Shown here piece by piece: positions 62,701-64,000 of a stretch of 64,000 bases of DNA; the first letter of the stretch is position 1; every line of letters starts with the position of its first letter. A program made the translations under genes and the position numbers. The notes beneath the pieces are model-generated. The model worked only from the letters and a program-made list of their open reading frames with translations, was not told where the DNA came from and did not search any database. Source of the DNA: Azolla caroliniana (lineage: Eukaryota > Plantae > Polypodiophyta); NCBI GenBank assembly GCA_043228905.1, contig JBHGNT010000011.1, forward strand, positions 18,476,001-18,540,000, in the 5' to 3' direction.

Positions 62701-64000
62701 CAATGAGAAATGCGCTAATTCATCAACATGTTATTTGTTGATCCATGTATCATGGAAACGAATACTTGGATTATATGAAACATTTTTAAATGGCAATCCA
62801 AAAATGTAAAATATGTGTAGAATACTTTAGAGTATCCTAAAACGTATTCTAAACATAAAATACACATTTTTTAACAACTATCTCTTGAATGTAGATACCT
62901 ACACAAGCCATGTGTAGATGGAGTTCTTGCAAATATGTATGTAGATGGGCATTGTATAATCTCGTCCACGTGAGGCCTTGTGGTGGAAAATTGTTGTAAA
63001 TAGGACATTAAGGTAAAAGGCTAGTCTCTAGACTACTGTGAACTCTCCAATCCTAACATATAAGGAAGAGAACTAGGGCTTCTAAAGGGACAATTCTTGT
63101 GTTGATGGTCATATGGGGAAGTAACTAATTGCAATGTATTTTCCAATTGAATTTGACCACCATATTTTTTACGTGTTGTCTTCCTCTTTACCAATGTGTA
63201 ATTATCCTTCTTGCTCCTTACTAGACTTCAACAAATTGCACTATAACTATGTTGAGTGTGGTGTCTTTGTCGAGGACCGCTAAAACTCCCACAACATGGG
63301 CATATGACATCCTCGTCACATGTCACGGTTTTCTTGTTGAAGTGGGTTCCCTTCATGTCTTCATCCTAGCAAGTAATTTATGATGGTTTTTTGTCCTCGT
63401 AAAAGTCACAATAGTTAAAAATCCATCTATGTATGACTCAATGAGATCAAATGATAAGCTTTTCTCTTGCATTAGCTTTTCCATTTGGGTATTGGTGAGA
63501 CAATTCATACGATTAACGCCTTAATGACTATGTTCAATGCAATCTATATTTGAATCAATTAACGATGTCACCACCCAAACCTACAACTAATTGACAACTC
63601 CAAAAAGGGCTATCATCAACCAGATGACAAATTGCATACGAGTTGCTCCTTCAAGCTTTATGAATGCTTTGGATTTCTGGAAGCTCAATTGGATGTAACC
63701 TTTACAATAAAAGTGTCATGAATTGTTAGAATAATGATCTAAAAGTCAAATATATGAAAAGCATTATGAATATTTTGGGTTGTGGAATTTGAAAGCACGG
63801 TTTTTTAAGATAAAAGGGACTTTGTGTTATAATTTCAAAGTCAATAATTCTTTAAGGTTGATCAAAAATGAATTTGAGTTGCGGAAGGAATGTGTTTCAT
63901 AATAACATGCATTGTATCCGTGTGAATGGGTTGAAATATTGTCAAATTTAAAGCTCATGCAATAACCAATATTATTACTTGGATTGAACTCTGAAGACCA

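Overview
This is eukaryotic, intron-containing land-plant nuclear DNA. The style of the PLS-class PPR genes and a WW-type DYW domain suggest a fern (inference). Genes reconstructed from ORFs and GT-AG splice sites are: the 5' part of a DRB2/3/5-type dsRNA-binding protein gene (- strand, runs off the left edge); a 9-exon plastid RPI4-like ribose-5-phosphate isomerase gene; three PLS-class PPR RNA-editing-factor genes; a small conserved 'IVCY..GEVICEGFDEGP' gene; a probably mitochondrial S1-domain protein gene; and a decayed multi-exon gene of unknown family. Mobile DNA includes a decayed LINE, copia fragments, a solo LTR, and two large fold-back (inverted-repeat) structures in the ~9.9 kb intron 3 of RPI4. 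The most interesting signals are four. (1) One PPR gene carries an N-terminal OSB-type 'PDF' ssDNA-binding motif that the ORF track misses because an intron splits it, and a second PPR gene appears to carry a decayed copy at the same intron position. (2) The three PPR genes show graded loss of the editing domain: HSE->HSV, Trp->stop with a possible relic, and truncation in E2. (3) Ten same-orientation copies of a 14-bp motif lie upstream of the DRB gene. (4) The RPI4 intron holds a 'one-and-a-half' hAT element and a ~2.9 kb ancient hairpin. All alignments were done by eye and no database searches were run.
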